The notes under the pieces: generated by a model
The model's database searches: none
Told to the model about the DNA's origin: nothing
Seen by the model: only the letters and a program-made list of their open reading frames with translations
Part shown: in pieces, positions 7,831 to 18,000 of the stretch
Position numbering within the stretch: the first letter of the stretch is position 1
Layout: every line of letters begins with the position of its first letter
Translations under genes and position numbers: made by a program
DNA from: a bacterium
Lineage (GTDB): Bacteria > Zhuqueibacterota > Zhuqueibacteria > Residuimicrobiales > Krinioviventaceae
NCBI GenBank assembly: GCA_963674595.2
Contig: CAXXFV010000015.1
Location: forward strand, 316,692 to 380,691
Direction: 5' to 3'
DNA: 64,000 nucleotides

Positions 7831-9930
7831 ATGAAAAAAACATTTGTTCTTTTGGTATTATGTGTTTTGGCATGCGCCGGTACCATACTGGCGCAATCGG
7901 GAATGGCCGAATCAGGGGCGGTGTCTCTGACTTCCAGGCCTCCCGCTTCTGCGCCTGAATTGGTCGGTCCCAGATATCCCAATTATGAGCTGCTCTCTTG
8001 CCGGGCCCGGTTGATTTGGGAAAACATGGACCATGCCCTGACTTATAATGTTCAGATCGCGAATGATTTTGAATTTACTGACATTGTGGGAACATACACC
8101 AGCATAGAAGACACAATCTATGTTGCTGATCTGCCCGCAAACAGTACATGGTATCATTGGCGGGTCAGCGCCACCAACCGCGCCGGCACAGGCAGCTATG
8201 GTTATATACTACAATTTGAAACATCAGATATGACCAGCATCAACGTGGGCAGTTACGCCGCCCCAACCATGACCGATATTGACGCCGACGGCCTGCTGGA
8301 TATGCTGGTGGGCAATCATGACGGCACACTGACCCGTTATGAACAAACGGCCGTCAACTCGTTTTCATTAAATCTCATTGCTTCAAATTTTAGCGGTATT
8401 GATGTCGGTGTCGGCAGTTCCCCCACGGTTCTTGATCTCGATGGCGACGGCCTGCTGGACCTGATCATAGGCCGCGGTGACGGCACCCTGCAACACTATG
8501 AACAAGACAGCGAGCGTTCCACATCCTTTACCCTAGTCGGCGCCTTGAGCGGCATCGATGCGGGTTCCTGGTCCAAACCCACGTTTACTGATCTGGATTG
8601 GAATGACCACCTTGATCTGCTAATTGGCAACCAGGGCGGTACCATTTATCATTACGAACAGGACGCCCAGTATTCATCGTCCTTTACCCTGGTTAGCGAC
8701 AATTTCAATTCCATTGATGTTGGAAGGGAAGCCTCCCCTATGTTTTGTTTTTACAATACCGGAAGTACTATGGAGCTTTTTATAGGCAATGCACTCGGCA
8801 AGGTCCAGCTTTATCACCAGGGCTCCATTGCTTCACGTGTGTTTTCAATTGAAACCACGGATTGGAATGACATTGATGTTGGCGAAAGATCGGTACTGGC
8901 CCAAACCGACCTGGACGGTAATAACCGTGTTGACCTGTTGGTCGGAGGTGATGACGGGATCGTTGGTATTAGAAAAGGAGATACTTATCGTATCGATGTT
9001 TCCATGTCAACAGACCCTGCAGAAAACATAACCGCCACAACTGCTGAATTGGGCGGTGACTTTTCTAACTTTAATGCCGTACCGGTACAGCGACGCGGCG
9101 TTATTTACAGTACCACCAATCCGCCCGTTATGACGGACAACATGGTCTCCATGGGCAGTGTTGCGGGTATTTTTTCCGAAATAGTAAGCGGACTGACTCC
9201 CAATACCACCTATTACTATCGTACTTTTGGCACCAATTGTTACGGCACCTTTTATGGTTCGGTAAAGACCTTTGTTACCAATGATTGTCCCCATATTTGT
9301 GTCAAAGTTTTTTTACAAGGGCCCTATGATGCTGTTACGCACGCCATGCAAACGAATCTTTCAGGCAACATCCCGGCAATATCTCCTTACGCGGACAACC
9401 GCAATGCTGGCAGTATCCCGGAGGGTATTACTGACTGGGTTTACCTGGAATTACGTAACACAGCCGACGGCGAAGCGGTATACGGCCGCTCCTATCTTTT
9501 ACGCAACGACGGCTACCTTGCTGAAGATGACGGCACAGAGACGGATCTGAGCCTTGAAGACGCAGCCGAGGGTGACTATTACATCATCATCCGGCACCGC
9601 AACCATCTGGCCGTTGAAAGTGCGTCGGCACAGAGTTTGACTTCAACATTAACAACTTATGATTTCACTGTGAATGAGACAGTGGACTGTGATAAATATT
9701 ACGGCGGAGAGGCTGCTCTTTTGGAAAACGGTGACCCAAAAATTTATGGCATGTTTTGCGGAGATGCTAACGAAAACGGCAGTATCAATGCCACCGATTA
9801 TCTCAGTGTAAAGGGGCAAAACGGTGCTTCCGGGTATCATGCTCGTGACTGTAATATGAATGGAGATGTTAACGCCACCGACTATTTGTTTATCAAACCC
9901 AATAGCGGCAAGAGTACTCAAATCCCATAA
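7831..9930 (+). CDS. Secreted modular protein: FN3-like domain, five FG-GAP/VCBS-like repeats, FN3-like domain, conserved KVFLQGPY...HRNHL module and dockerin-like duplicated Ca-binding loops
   Basis: Repeats such as DVGVGSSPTVLDLDGDGLLDLIIG; GLTPNTTYYYR; GDANENGSINATDY and DCNMNGDVNATDY; signal peptide ending ILA-Q; no YPNPFNP CTD. Confidence 0.8.
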   Translation: MKKTFVLLVLCVLACAGTILAQSGMAESGAVSLTSRPPASAPELVGPRYPNYELLSCRARLIWENMDHALTYNVQIANDFEFTDIVGTYTSIEDTIYVADLPANSTWYHWRVSATNRAGTGSYGYILQFETSDMTSINVGSYAAPTMTDIDADGLLDMLVGNHDGTLTRYEQTAVNSFSLNLIASNFSGIDVGVGSSPTVLDLDGDGLLDLIIGRGDGTLQHYEQDSERSTSFTLVGALSGIDAGSWSKPTFTDLDWNDHLDLLIGNQGGTIYHYEQDAQYSSSFTLVSDNFNSIDVGREASPMFCFYNTGSTMELFIGNALGKVQLYHQGSIASRVFSIETTDWNDIDVGERSVLAQTDLDGNNRVDLLVGGDDGIVGIRKGDTYRIDVSMSTDPAENITATTAELGGDFSNFNAVPVQRRGVIYSTTNPPVMTDNMVSMGSVAGIFSEIVSGLTPNTTYYYRTFGTNCYGTFYGSVKTFVTNDCPHICVKVFLQGPYDAVTHAMQTNLSGNIPAISPYADNRNAGSIPEGITDWVYLELRNTADGEAVYGRSYLLRNDGYLAEDDGTETDLSLEDAAEGDYYIIIRHRNHLAVESASAQSLTSTLTTYDFTVNETVDCDKYYGGEAALLENGDPKIYGMFCGDANENGSINATDYLSVKGQNGASGYHARDCNMNGDVNATDYLFIKPNSGKSTQIP

Positions 9931-9950
9931 CTGGAAGAAAGGATAACAAC

Positions 9951-11027
9951 ATGAAGCGCTTTATACAGATTATACTATCACTTTTAATACTTGCCGGAAT
10001 TTCATGGGCCGGAGATGTTACTGTTTCTCTTTCAGGTACCAATCCGCTGTCAGTTAATATCAAGGGAACCAGCTCCAACCAGGAAGCCGGAAGCATCAGT
10101 ATCTACCTCTATTTTTGTGATGATGGTGTTGCTGATCTTTCAATCGATAATGTCAATGATGATCTGCTGGAATTAACCTGGGGATGGGGAAACACATTAC
10201 GTACCCAATCGATACAAACCGGATCATGGAGCAGAGGTGGACATACCTTTACCCGCCGGCTTTATTATGATAATGTTGATGTTGGTGATCAAAATGATTA
10301 CTGGACCACCGCAGGTATAAATGCCCTGGTCTGCACATTCACCACCCTGGGAAGCGGTCATGCCTACATTGAGGTTAACGGTGATGGACTGGCTGACTGG
10401 TCCGGTACGGCCCATAATGTGAGTTATGGTTCCCAGGACACGTCCCTGCCTGTGGAACTCGTCTCTTTCTCAGGCAGGCAGCAAGGAAGCTCCATTATAC
10501 TCGACTGGACCACGGAAAGCGAAACCGACAACCTGGGATTTGTTTTGGAACGCAAAAGCGACAATTTGGAGTGGACGACCATTGCTTCTTACAAAACCCA
10601 TTCTGCACTAGCCGGACAGGGTACCATATCGTCACGAACAGAATATACTTTTACTGACATGTTTACGGGCGCAAAAGTTTTATACTATCGTTTAAAAGAC
10701 GTTGATGTCAACGGCACTGCAGGTAAATGGACGGAAACAACAATTGTTCAAAATACTTTGCCGAATCAGTTTGTGTTATATGATGCTTATCCCAATCCTT
10801 TTAATCCACAAACGCGGATCGATTTTGAATTACCGGAAAGATGTGATGTATTTATCAAGATTTATAACCTACAGGGACAGTGTGTGGAAACCATCGCAGA
10901 ACAGTCATTTGACGCAGGTATCCACTCTGTAGTGTGGACGGCTTTGGACCAGCCCAGCGGATTGTATTTTATCCATTTACAGGCTGGTGCTTTCAAGGCT
11001 GTGCGCAATGTTGTGCTTTTGAAATAA
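9951..11027 (+). CDS. Secreted protein with an uncharacterised ~145-aa beta-rich N-domain (possibly cohesin-like), Ig-like domain and T9SS type-A-like CTD
   Basis: Signal peptide; DTSLPVELVSF linker; YPNPFNPQT CTD; starts 20 bp after the dockerin-like gene. Confidence 0.8.
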   Translation: MKRFIQIILSLLILAGISWAGDVTVSLSGTNPLSVNIKGTSSNQEAGSISIYLYFCDDGVADLSIDNVNDDLLELTWGWGNTLRTQSIQTGSWSRGGHTFTRRLYYDNVDVGDQNDYWTTAGINALVCTFTTLGSGHAYIEVNGDGLADWSGTAHNVSYGSQDTSLPVELVSFSGRQQGSSIILDWTTESETDNLGFVLERKSDNLEWTTIASYKTHSALAGQGTISSRTEYTFTDMFTGAKVLYYRLKDVDVNGTAGKWTETTIVQNTLPNQFVLYDAYPNPFNPQTRIDFELPERCDVFIKIYNLQGQCVETIAEQSFDAGIHSVVWTALDQPSGLYFIHLQAGAFKAVRNVVLLK

Positions 11028-11054
11028 GGGGAATTATAAGCCGATTAAGTAAAA

Positions 11055-11091
11055 TATGCACCATGGCAAAAGCTGTGGTGCATGTTGTTTT
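11055..11091 (+). terminator. Rho-independent terminator closing the FISUMP operon
   Basis: ATGCACCATGGC-AAAA-GCTGTGGTGCAT stem (with G-U pairs) followed by a T-rich tail. Confidence 0.7.
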
Positions 11092-11842
11092 AATTTTTAT
11101 CCAGTTTTATAAACACGGGGTGAAGCGAGCTGTTTCTTTTAAAAGTAATTTCACTTCAACACAAATTTTATAAAGGCAAAAACGGCAATATTAAGGCTTG
11201 TATGGATTTTTTTTGAAAATTGGTTGACTTTTCAGTCATAGGCGGTTAAATTATAGCTTGTAGATTTCCAATATATAAAAAGATTTCCGGGTAATATCAT
11301 ATTAAAGATTTTTTTAATCTGATTCTTTTATTTACTTTTTGGTTGACTTGCCCCGCCAATATGATTTAAAATCTCCAACTATTTCTTTATTTTTATTTGC
11401 ACCTGTTTGTAAACATACGATAATATTATATTTTTCTAAATTTGAAATAGCTTGTATAACTTTAGTTTTTATTCGAGTTATAAAAATACTAGTATATATT
11501 CGTATGGTTAGCCCACTCATTACCATTGGCGTTTTAGAAAAGATGAGTTTGGTGTAATCGGCAAGACACAATCCTCGCATAAGCAGATATGGCATTATGA
11601 TGATTTGTCTTTAGGCGGTTTAAAAGAGAATAATTGAACTAAGAAGAACGGAAGAAAAATTGCTGAATTTGAAAATATAGTAGCACAACAAAATAGAGGA
11701 ATAAAAGACCTTGAGAAAATAGCAAATGAAAATGTTTTCTTGCGACAAAAAATGGTTGACCTTTTAAAAATGAAAAATCAGGAGATAGAACCGGCTCAGA
11801 AATGAAAATTTTGTTGTCAGGTATAATATATTGGAGTAGACC

Positions 11843-14035
11843 ATGAAAAAATCGACCTATTTAGCTGTGATGTTACTAACCCTGGCCACAAGTGTCTTTG
11901 CGCAGTTGTCCGGAACGTACACGGTTGGTGCAGGGCAGGATTATGAAACCCTGACTGCAGCAGTAAGCGATCTGAATACGAACGGCGTTTCAGGTGCTGT
12001 TGTTTTTGAATTGACGGACGCCGGTTATGCCTCAGAAACATTCCCCATCACGATTAACGAAATAACAGGCGCAAGTTCTACAAACACCGTTACCATCCGT
12101 CCGGCAAGCGGTGTAACAACAGAAATAAGCGGTGACAGCGGCGGAGACAATACCAGCATTATAAAACTGTATGGTGCGGACTATATCATAATTGACGGCA
12201 GCAACAACGGTTCAACCAGCCGTGATCTTACCATTGAAAACACCAAAGTCGGTGCATGGAGCTCGACGATTTGGCTGGCAAGCTTAGGGGATGATCAGGG
12301 ATGCCACGATAATGTAATTAAAAACTGTATCCTTAGTTATGGAGCGCCAAGTTATACAGCCGCTGTTATCAATTTTTCCGGTTCGTCACATATGTGGACT
12401 GATTACGGTTATGATAATAATAATAATGTTATTGAAAACTACGAAATAAAAAAATGTCATACTGGTATTCGTTTATGTGCTATAAGTGCTGAAAAAAACA
12501 GCGCCAATATCATACGTAATAATCTGATCGGTTCCGGCAATTCCGGGGACTATATTGATGATGAAGGAATTTATTGTCTTCATCAGACCGATCTGGAAAT
12601 AACCGGGAATGAAATTTTTAATATAATTGATAATGGCCACGTAACGGGTATTTACATTGCCATCTGTTCATCAGTAACAGTCGCTAAAAATAAAATTCAC
12701 GACATTTACAGCACATATGAAGATTATCAAGTTCGTGGTATTTATTTTAACTCAAACGAAACAGATCCTGATTTAACAATCAGTAACAATATGATATGGC
12801 ATATAGCAAGTCAGGGTAATTGGGACGATGATGAAAACTATATGCCTGCAGGCATTTCTTTATATTCTTCAGCTATCACAACCGGGATCCGTCTCTATTT
12901 TAATTCAATCTACTTAACTGAAGATGTTGATAATGGTCTGAATGTATTTGATAACTTTTCATCAGCGCTGTTTATAGATGGGCCAACCGGAATTGATTGC
13001 AGAAATAATATTTTCCGCAACAGCCTGGGCGAGAAAACCGGATGTACCTTTTCGACGACCTGTTACGGGATTTATGTTAATCGATCCTCAAATCCATTTT
13101 CTGTTTGCGATAATAATATTTACTATGTAAACAGTACCAGCGATAATAATTATATCGCTAACGGGAATAGCACAAATTATTCCACCCTTTCAGCCTGGCA
13201 GGGATTTACCGGCGATGATGATAATTCGCTCAATTCAGAGCCTGACTTTACATCGGCGACAAATCTTGATCTGACGGAAAGTAACGATGCCGGAATAGCC
13301 ATCAGCGGATATTCTACGGATATCAATGGTGATCAACGGGCAGATCCTCCGGATATCGGAGCGGATGAAGAGGCATCGGTCGTCCGGTTGCAGGCAAAAG
13401 TCTTTCTTGAAGGAGCCTATTATGCCGACGGTGATACCATGTCCACAGCAGTGAACGATTCGATCCCGCTGACCTCGCCGTACACCGAAGACGCACGAAC
13501 CATTGACTCGGTTCCTGAGGACATTACCGACTGGATGCTGGTTCAGCTTCGTTTAATGGCGGAAGATACGAACGCCGTGGCTTCCAAAAGTGTTTTCCTG
13601 CGCAATGATGGCCGGATTGTAGGAGATGACGGCACTACCGAATACACTGAAATTGAAGCGGATTCCGGAAATTATTTCATTGTTGTTAAACACAGGAATC
13701 ATCTCGCTGTGATGAGTGACGAGGTACATACGCTCGGCGCAAGCAGTTCCTCTTTGTACGATTTTACGGTGAGTGATTCTGATACCTGTGACAGGTATTT
13801 TGGGAATGACGCCAAAGTGCTTGAGACAGGTGTTTATGGCATGTATACCGGAGATATTAATCAGGATGGTGAAATTACGACATCAGACTATACTCGATGG
13901 TATAATCAAGCCCGTATCGGTGCAAGTGGTTATAATACCTGTGATATAAATTTGGATAAAGACGTTACGACAACGGATTATACAAAGTGGTATAATAATG
14001 CCTGCATTGGCGCTTCGTCCCATGTGCCAAAATGA
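11843..14035 (+). CDS. Secreted right-handed beta-helix (pectin-lyase-like/NosD-like) protein with the same C-terminal KVFLEGAY...HRNHL + dockerin-like module
   Basis: LSGTYTVGAG..DY start; Asn-rich I.NN.I repeats; DINGDQRADPPDIGADE; GDINQDGEITTSDY and DINLDKDVTTTDY. Confidence 0.8.
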   Translation: MKKSTYLAVMLLTLATSVFAQLSGTYTVGAGQDYETLTAAVSDLNTNGVSGAVVFELTDAGYASETFPITINEITGASSTNTVTIRPASGVTTEISGDSGGDNTSIIKLYGADYIIIDGSNNGSTSRDLTIENTKVGAWSSTIWLASLGDDQGCHDNVIKNCILSYGAPSYTAAVINFSGSSHMWTDYGYDNNNNVIENYEIKKCHTGIRLCAISAEKNSANIIRNNLIGSGNSGDYIDDEGIYCLHQTDLEITGNEIFNIIDNGHVTGIYIAICSSVTVAKNKIHDIYSTYEDYQVRGIYFNSNETDPDLTISNNMIWHIASQGNWDDDENYMPAGISLYSSAITTGIRLYFNSIYLTEDVDNGLNVFDNFSSALFIDGPTGIDCRNNIFRNSLGEKTGCTFSTTCYGIYVNRSSNPFSVCDNNIYYVNSTSDNNYIANGNSTNYSTLSAWQGFTGDDDNSLNSEPDFTSATNLDLTESNDAGIAISGYSTDINGDQRADPPDIGADEEASVVRLQAKVFLEGAYYADGDTMSTAVNDSIPLTSPYTEDARTIDSVPEDITDWMLVQLRLMAEDTNAVASKSVFLRNDGRIVGDDGTTEYTEIEADSGNYFIVVKHRNHLAVMSDEVHTLGASSSSLYDFTVSDSDTCDRYFGNDAKVLETGVYGMYTGDINQDGEITTSDYTRWYNQARIGASGYNTCDINLDKDVTTTDYTKWYNNACIGASSHVPK

Positions 14036-14200
14036 TTTTTAGGGATTATATTTATTGAAAGGATGAAATTTCATTATACCTTTTTTATAGTTGAATTATT
14101 TTTAAGCGATTTTTCTGTGATTTGGGAAATAATCTCAAGGGTCCTCTGGTTTTATGCATTAATGTTCAAGTATAAATCTGAAAATCACAGAGGTATAATA

Positions 14201-14887
14201 ATGAATTTAAAAATTTCAAAATTAGCCGGATTCGGCTATCTGGCTATATTTATTACCGGTTTTTTTGCTAATTTTTTTGTTCTGGAACGGCTTGTTGATT
14301 TGGAGAATGCGTCCTTAACAGCAACTAATATTTTAGCAAATGAATTATTGTTCCGAACAGGTATATTTAGCTTTATTTTAATGGTTGTTTTTGATATTGT
14401 GCTGGCCTGGGCGCTTTATATTTTACTCAAACCTGTTGATAAAAACCTTTCATTACTTTCAGGGTGGTTGCGGCTGGTGAACAGCACTGTTTTCGGTGTT
14501 GCTTTGTACCATCTTTTCAGTATGTTGCGTGTTTTAAAAGGTGCCGGGTATCTGAAAGCGTTTGTTCCGGACCAGCTTCAGGCAATGGTTCTCATGTCAT
14601 TTAACAGTTTTAATGATACCTGGCTTGTGGGACTGGTGTTTTTCGGCTTGCATTTGTTGGCGCTTGGTTATTTAATCTTTAAATCCGGATATATTCCCCG
14701 GATTATTGGTGTTTTATTGGTAATCGCCGGATTTGGTTACCTGGCAGATAGTTTTGCCAACTTTATTCTTATTAATTATAATGACTATAAAAATGTTTTT
14801 CAGGCTGTTGTTATAATTCCCGGTGTGGTTGGAGAACTGTCACTGACATTCTGGCTTTTGTTTAAAGGCGTTAGAAACGAAAAGTAA
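14201..14887 (+). CDS. DUF4386-family integral membrane protein
   Basis: About 6-7 TM segments; LAGFGYL, LYILLKPVDKNLSLL, LIFKSGYIPRIIG, GELSLTFWLLFKG. Likely ATG at 14201 after GAGG. Confidence 0.75.
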   Translation: MNLKISKLAGFGYLAIFITGFFANFFVLERLVDLENASLTATNILANELLFRTGIFSFILMVVFDIVLAWALYILLKPVDKNLSLLSGWLRLVNSTVFGVALYHLFSMLRVLKGAGYLKAFVPDQLQAMVLMSFNSFNDTWLVGLVFFGLHLLALGYLIFKSGYIPRIIGVLLVIAGFGYLADSFANFILINYNDYKNVFQAVVIIPGVVGELSLTFWLLFKGVRNEK

Positions 14888-15091
14888 TTTACAATGGTTT
14901 TATCATAAGGAATATGTCCTGTTTCTGGCCCATAAATGACACAGTTACTAATGATTTTTTATACCATCAATTGATTTTTATTGAATTTAAGCACAATTTT
15001 TCGTTCGAATTCTCTTTTGGTTCAAGGCATTTTTTTTGCTATGTTTTTATGAATTCAATTGACAGCATAATATTATAGGAACGGAGAGAGT

Positions 15092-18000
15092 GTGAGAATG
15101 AAAAAGTTTGTCAAGACTATTGGTATAATTATTCTTTCGAGTGTGACATTTCTGCATGCGCAAACACGACCTTCTATGGTTGTAGATGAGCAAAATCATC
15201 CACTTTATTATAAAGGTATGGCGGTTGTTAAACTCGCCAAGCGCCCAAATGGGCCATCGTTGCAAAAGGGCGCCAAATCCACCGGTATGATGTCGGTAGA
15301 CAGAATTTTTTCAAAACACAGTGTTGATAAAATTGAAAAACATTTTCAACACAAACCCATTCCTGAGAATTCCTCATTACCCGATCTTTCACGCATTTAT
15401 ACGATACATTTTTCAGAAGATCAGAATGTGCTCAGTGTGGTCCGGGAACTGGAAAAAGACCCCAATGTAGAGTATGCCGAACCTGTGTCCGTAGATCGTT
15501 TGTTGGATGTTCCTGATGATTCGTTGTACAGCTCTCAAAGTTGGCTCAGGCAGATTTTTGCCGAAGAGGCCTGGGATATTCACAAGGGTGAGGATGGAGA
15601 TTCAACCGTTATTATTGGCGTTGTCGATACGGGTGTGGACTGGAAACATCCCGATTTGATAGACAATTTTTGGCACAATCTGGGAGAAGATGCAGATGGT
15701 GACGGCCATGTCTTCGAGTGGGACGGTAGTGAATGGAAGTTTGATCCTGATGACGAAAATGGTATTGATGACGACGGCAATGGTTATACAGACGATTTTG
15801 TGGGCTGGAATTTTTGTTCTTCTTATGATTTTTCCGGTGACGAGGGTAACGATCCCGGCGATCCTGCTGGCCATGGTACCCATGTGGCAGGTATTGCTGC
15901 AGGCGTTACCGGTAATGGTAAAGGGATTGCCAGTATTAGCTGGAACGTCAAACTTTTGGCCGCTGCCCATGCGATTTATTTACCGGATTTTGATGATTAT
16001 TATATACTTGATGGAGAAAAAGGCATTGTTTATCTGGCTGAAAACGGCGCTGACGTTATCAACGCGAGTTTCGGCGGAGGATACAGTCAGGCAAAACAGG
16101 ACGCTGTCGATTATGCACGGGCTCTGGGTAGTATTGTGGTAGCCGCAGCCGGGAATTCGGCTTCCGAGGAGCTGGAATATCCGGCTGCGTGTACCGGGGT
16201 GATAGGGGTGGGTAACTTAAAAGAGGATGATGTGTTATCCTCCTGGTCCAACCGTGGCGCCTATGTAGATGTCTGTGCGCCGGGAAATCAGATTTTAAGC
16301 ACCGTGCCGGACGGGCAATATGCAAGCAAATCAGGTACTTCTATGGCCAGTCCTTTAGTGGCCGGACTGTTGGGACTGATAAAATCGATGCATCCTGACT
16401 GGAGTTGTGACCAACTAGTCCTTCAACTATTGAGTACGGCAGATAATATCGATGCTTTAAATCCCGGTTTGGAGCATAAGCTGGGTGCCGGCCGTATTAA
16501 CGCCTATCGTGCTTTGACTGATTCGGGAGCAATCCTTCCTGCAGAATATCGATTGGCCTGGCATACGAACATAGTTTATCAGGGTGAGGATGGATCAAAG
16601 ATACCTAATCTTGGTCAGCGTGGATCGTTTACTTTTACAGTAGGTAATTATAGCTCCAGCACAAATGGCGAGCCTGTCACTTTTACCCTGTCAACAGAAG
16701 ACCCTGATATTGAAATAATTGAAGGCGAATTTTCAGAATACCTGAATCCGGAAGATGTTACAACTTTTACAGATGTTTTTAATATCCGTGTAAAAGAGGG
16801 TGCCAAGCCGCATGTTGCTGATTTTACTATAAGCGCTCAATCTGAGACGCCCATATATTCTAATGCCGGCAAGTCGTTCGATATACTCGTCGCTCCTTCA
16901 GGCATTTTGGTAATAGGATACGCAGAAGCTGACTTTATTGAAAGTTTTCTCAAGAACCAACAATTAGATGTACTCAGGTTAGATAGTGTCCCTGCAGACT
17001 TGACTGTCTTTGACGCCGTTTTTTTTACACAAAGTTATGGTATAACGCCGGAATTGGTCCGTAATTATCTTGAAAACGGTGGGCGTCTTTATGTACAGGA
17101 TTATGGTATTTTGAGTAATCTGGAAGAAGATATTTCACTGCCCGGTCTTTTTGGTCTGGACAGGGTTGAACAAGGCGAGACAATTATCCGTCCGAAATGT
17201 ATAATCGGGGGAGAGGAGAGTCTTGCACGTGATATGGTCTTTACAGGTACGGCACAGTCATTTGTGGACGCGTCGAATATTTATTACCCAAATGAGAATG
17301 GTACCTCTCTTTTACAAATTGAGGATTACGGTGTGGTGGGTGTTCAGGGACAGGGTGAATATGGACAGAAAACTGTTTGTCTTTCATATGATTTGTCGAA
17401 CTTGCTTGAGAATGCATCACCTTCAGGCCGACAGGCTTTGTTGGCGAGAATTCTCAATTTTTTTGATATTGAAACAAAAATGTTTACCGATTTTTCCTGT
17501 GAACGAACCAATGATTACGAGTCCTTTAATATACAGTTTAGAGATCTTTCCCTGGCATCCGGCGCCGAATTTGTGGATTCATGGGCCTGGGATTTTGACG
17601 GAGACGGGGTTACCGACTCTCAGGAAGCCAATCCATTGTGGACCTATACAAGTCCTGGTGTTTATGATGTGAGTTTGATTGTTTCCAAGGGTGCGGAGGT
17701 AGATACATTAGCCCGTGACTCGACTGTTACTATATATATAAACGGCGGTGGAATTACGTCGGTAGATTATGGTAGCGACATAAGTGTTCCCGGTGATTCG
17801 TCTATGGATCAGGCCCTTAACCGTGCTATGTCCATGGAATGTATGGTATGGCCCGATACGATGGCAATTGAAGAATTGGGCGGATGGTGGTTCCCTTTAT
17901 GGAATAAATCCGATGCTTTAATTTTATGCCTATATGATGATTTGAGTCTGGATATAGAGATTGAGCTTGAGGATGGATCATGGGATTATGTATATGCTGA

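Noticed and set aside
8233-8960. Periodic DNA similarity resembling a repeat array
   Set aside because: Explained by five protein-level FG-GAP-like repeats; not CRISPR-like (no identical repeats with unique spacers)
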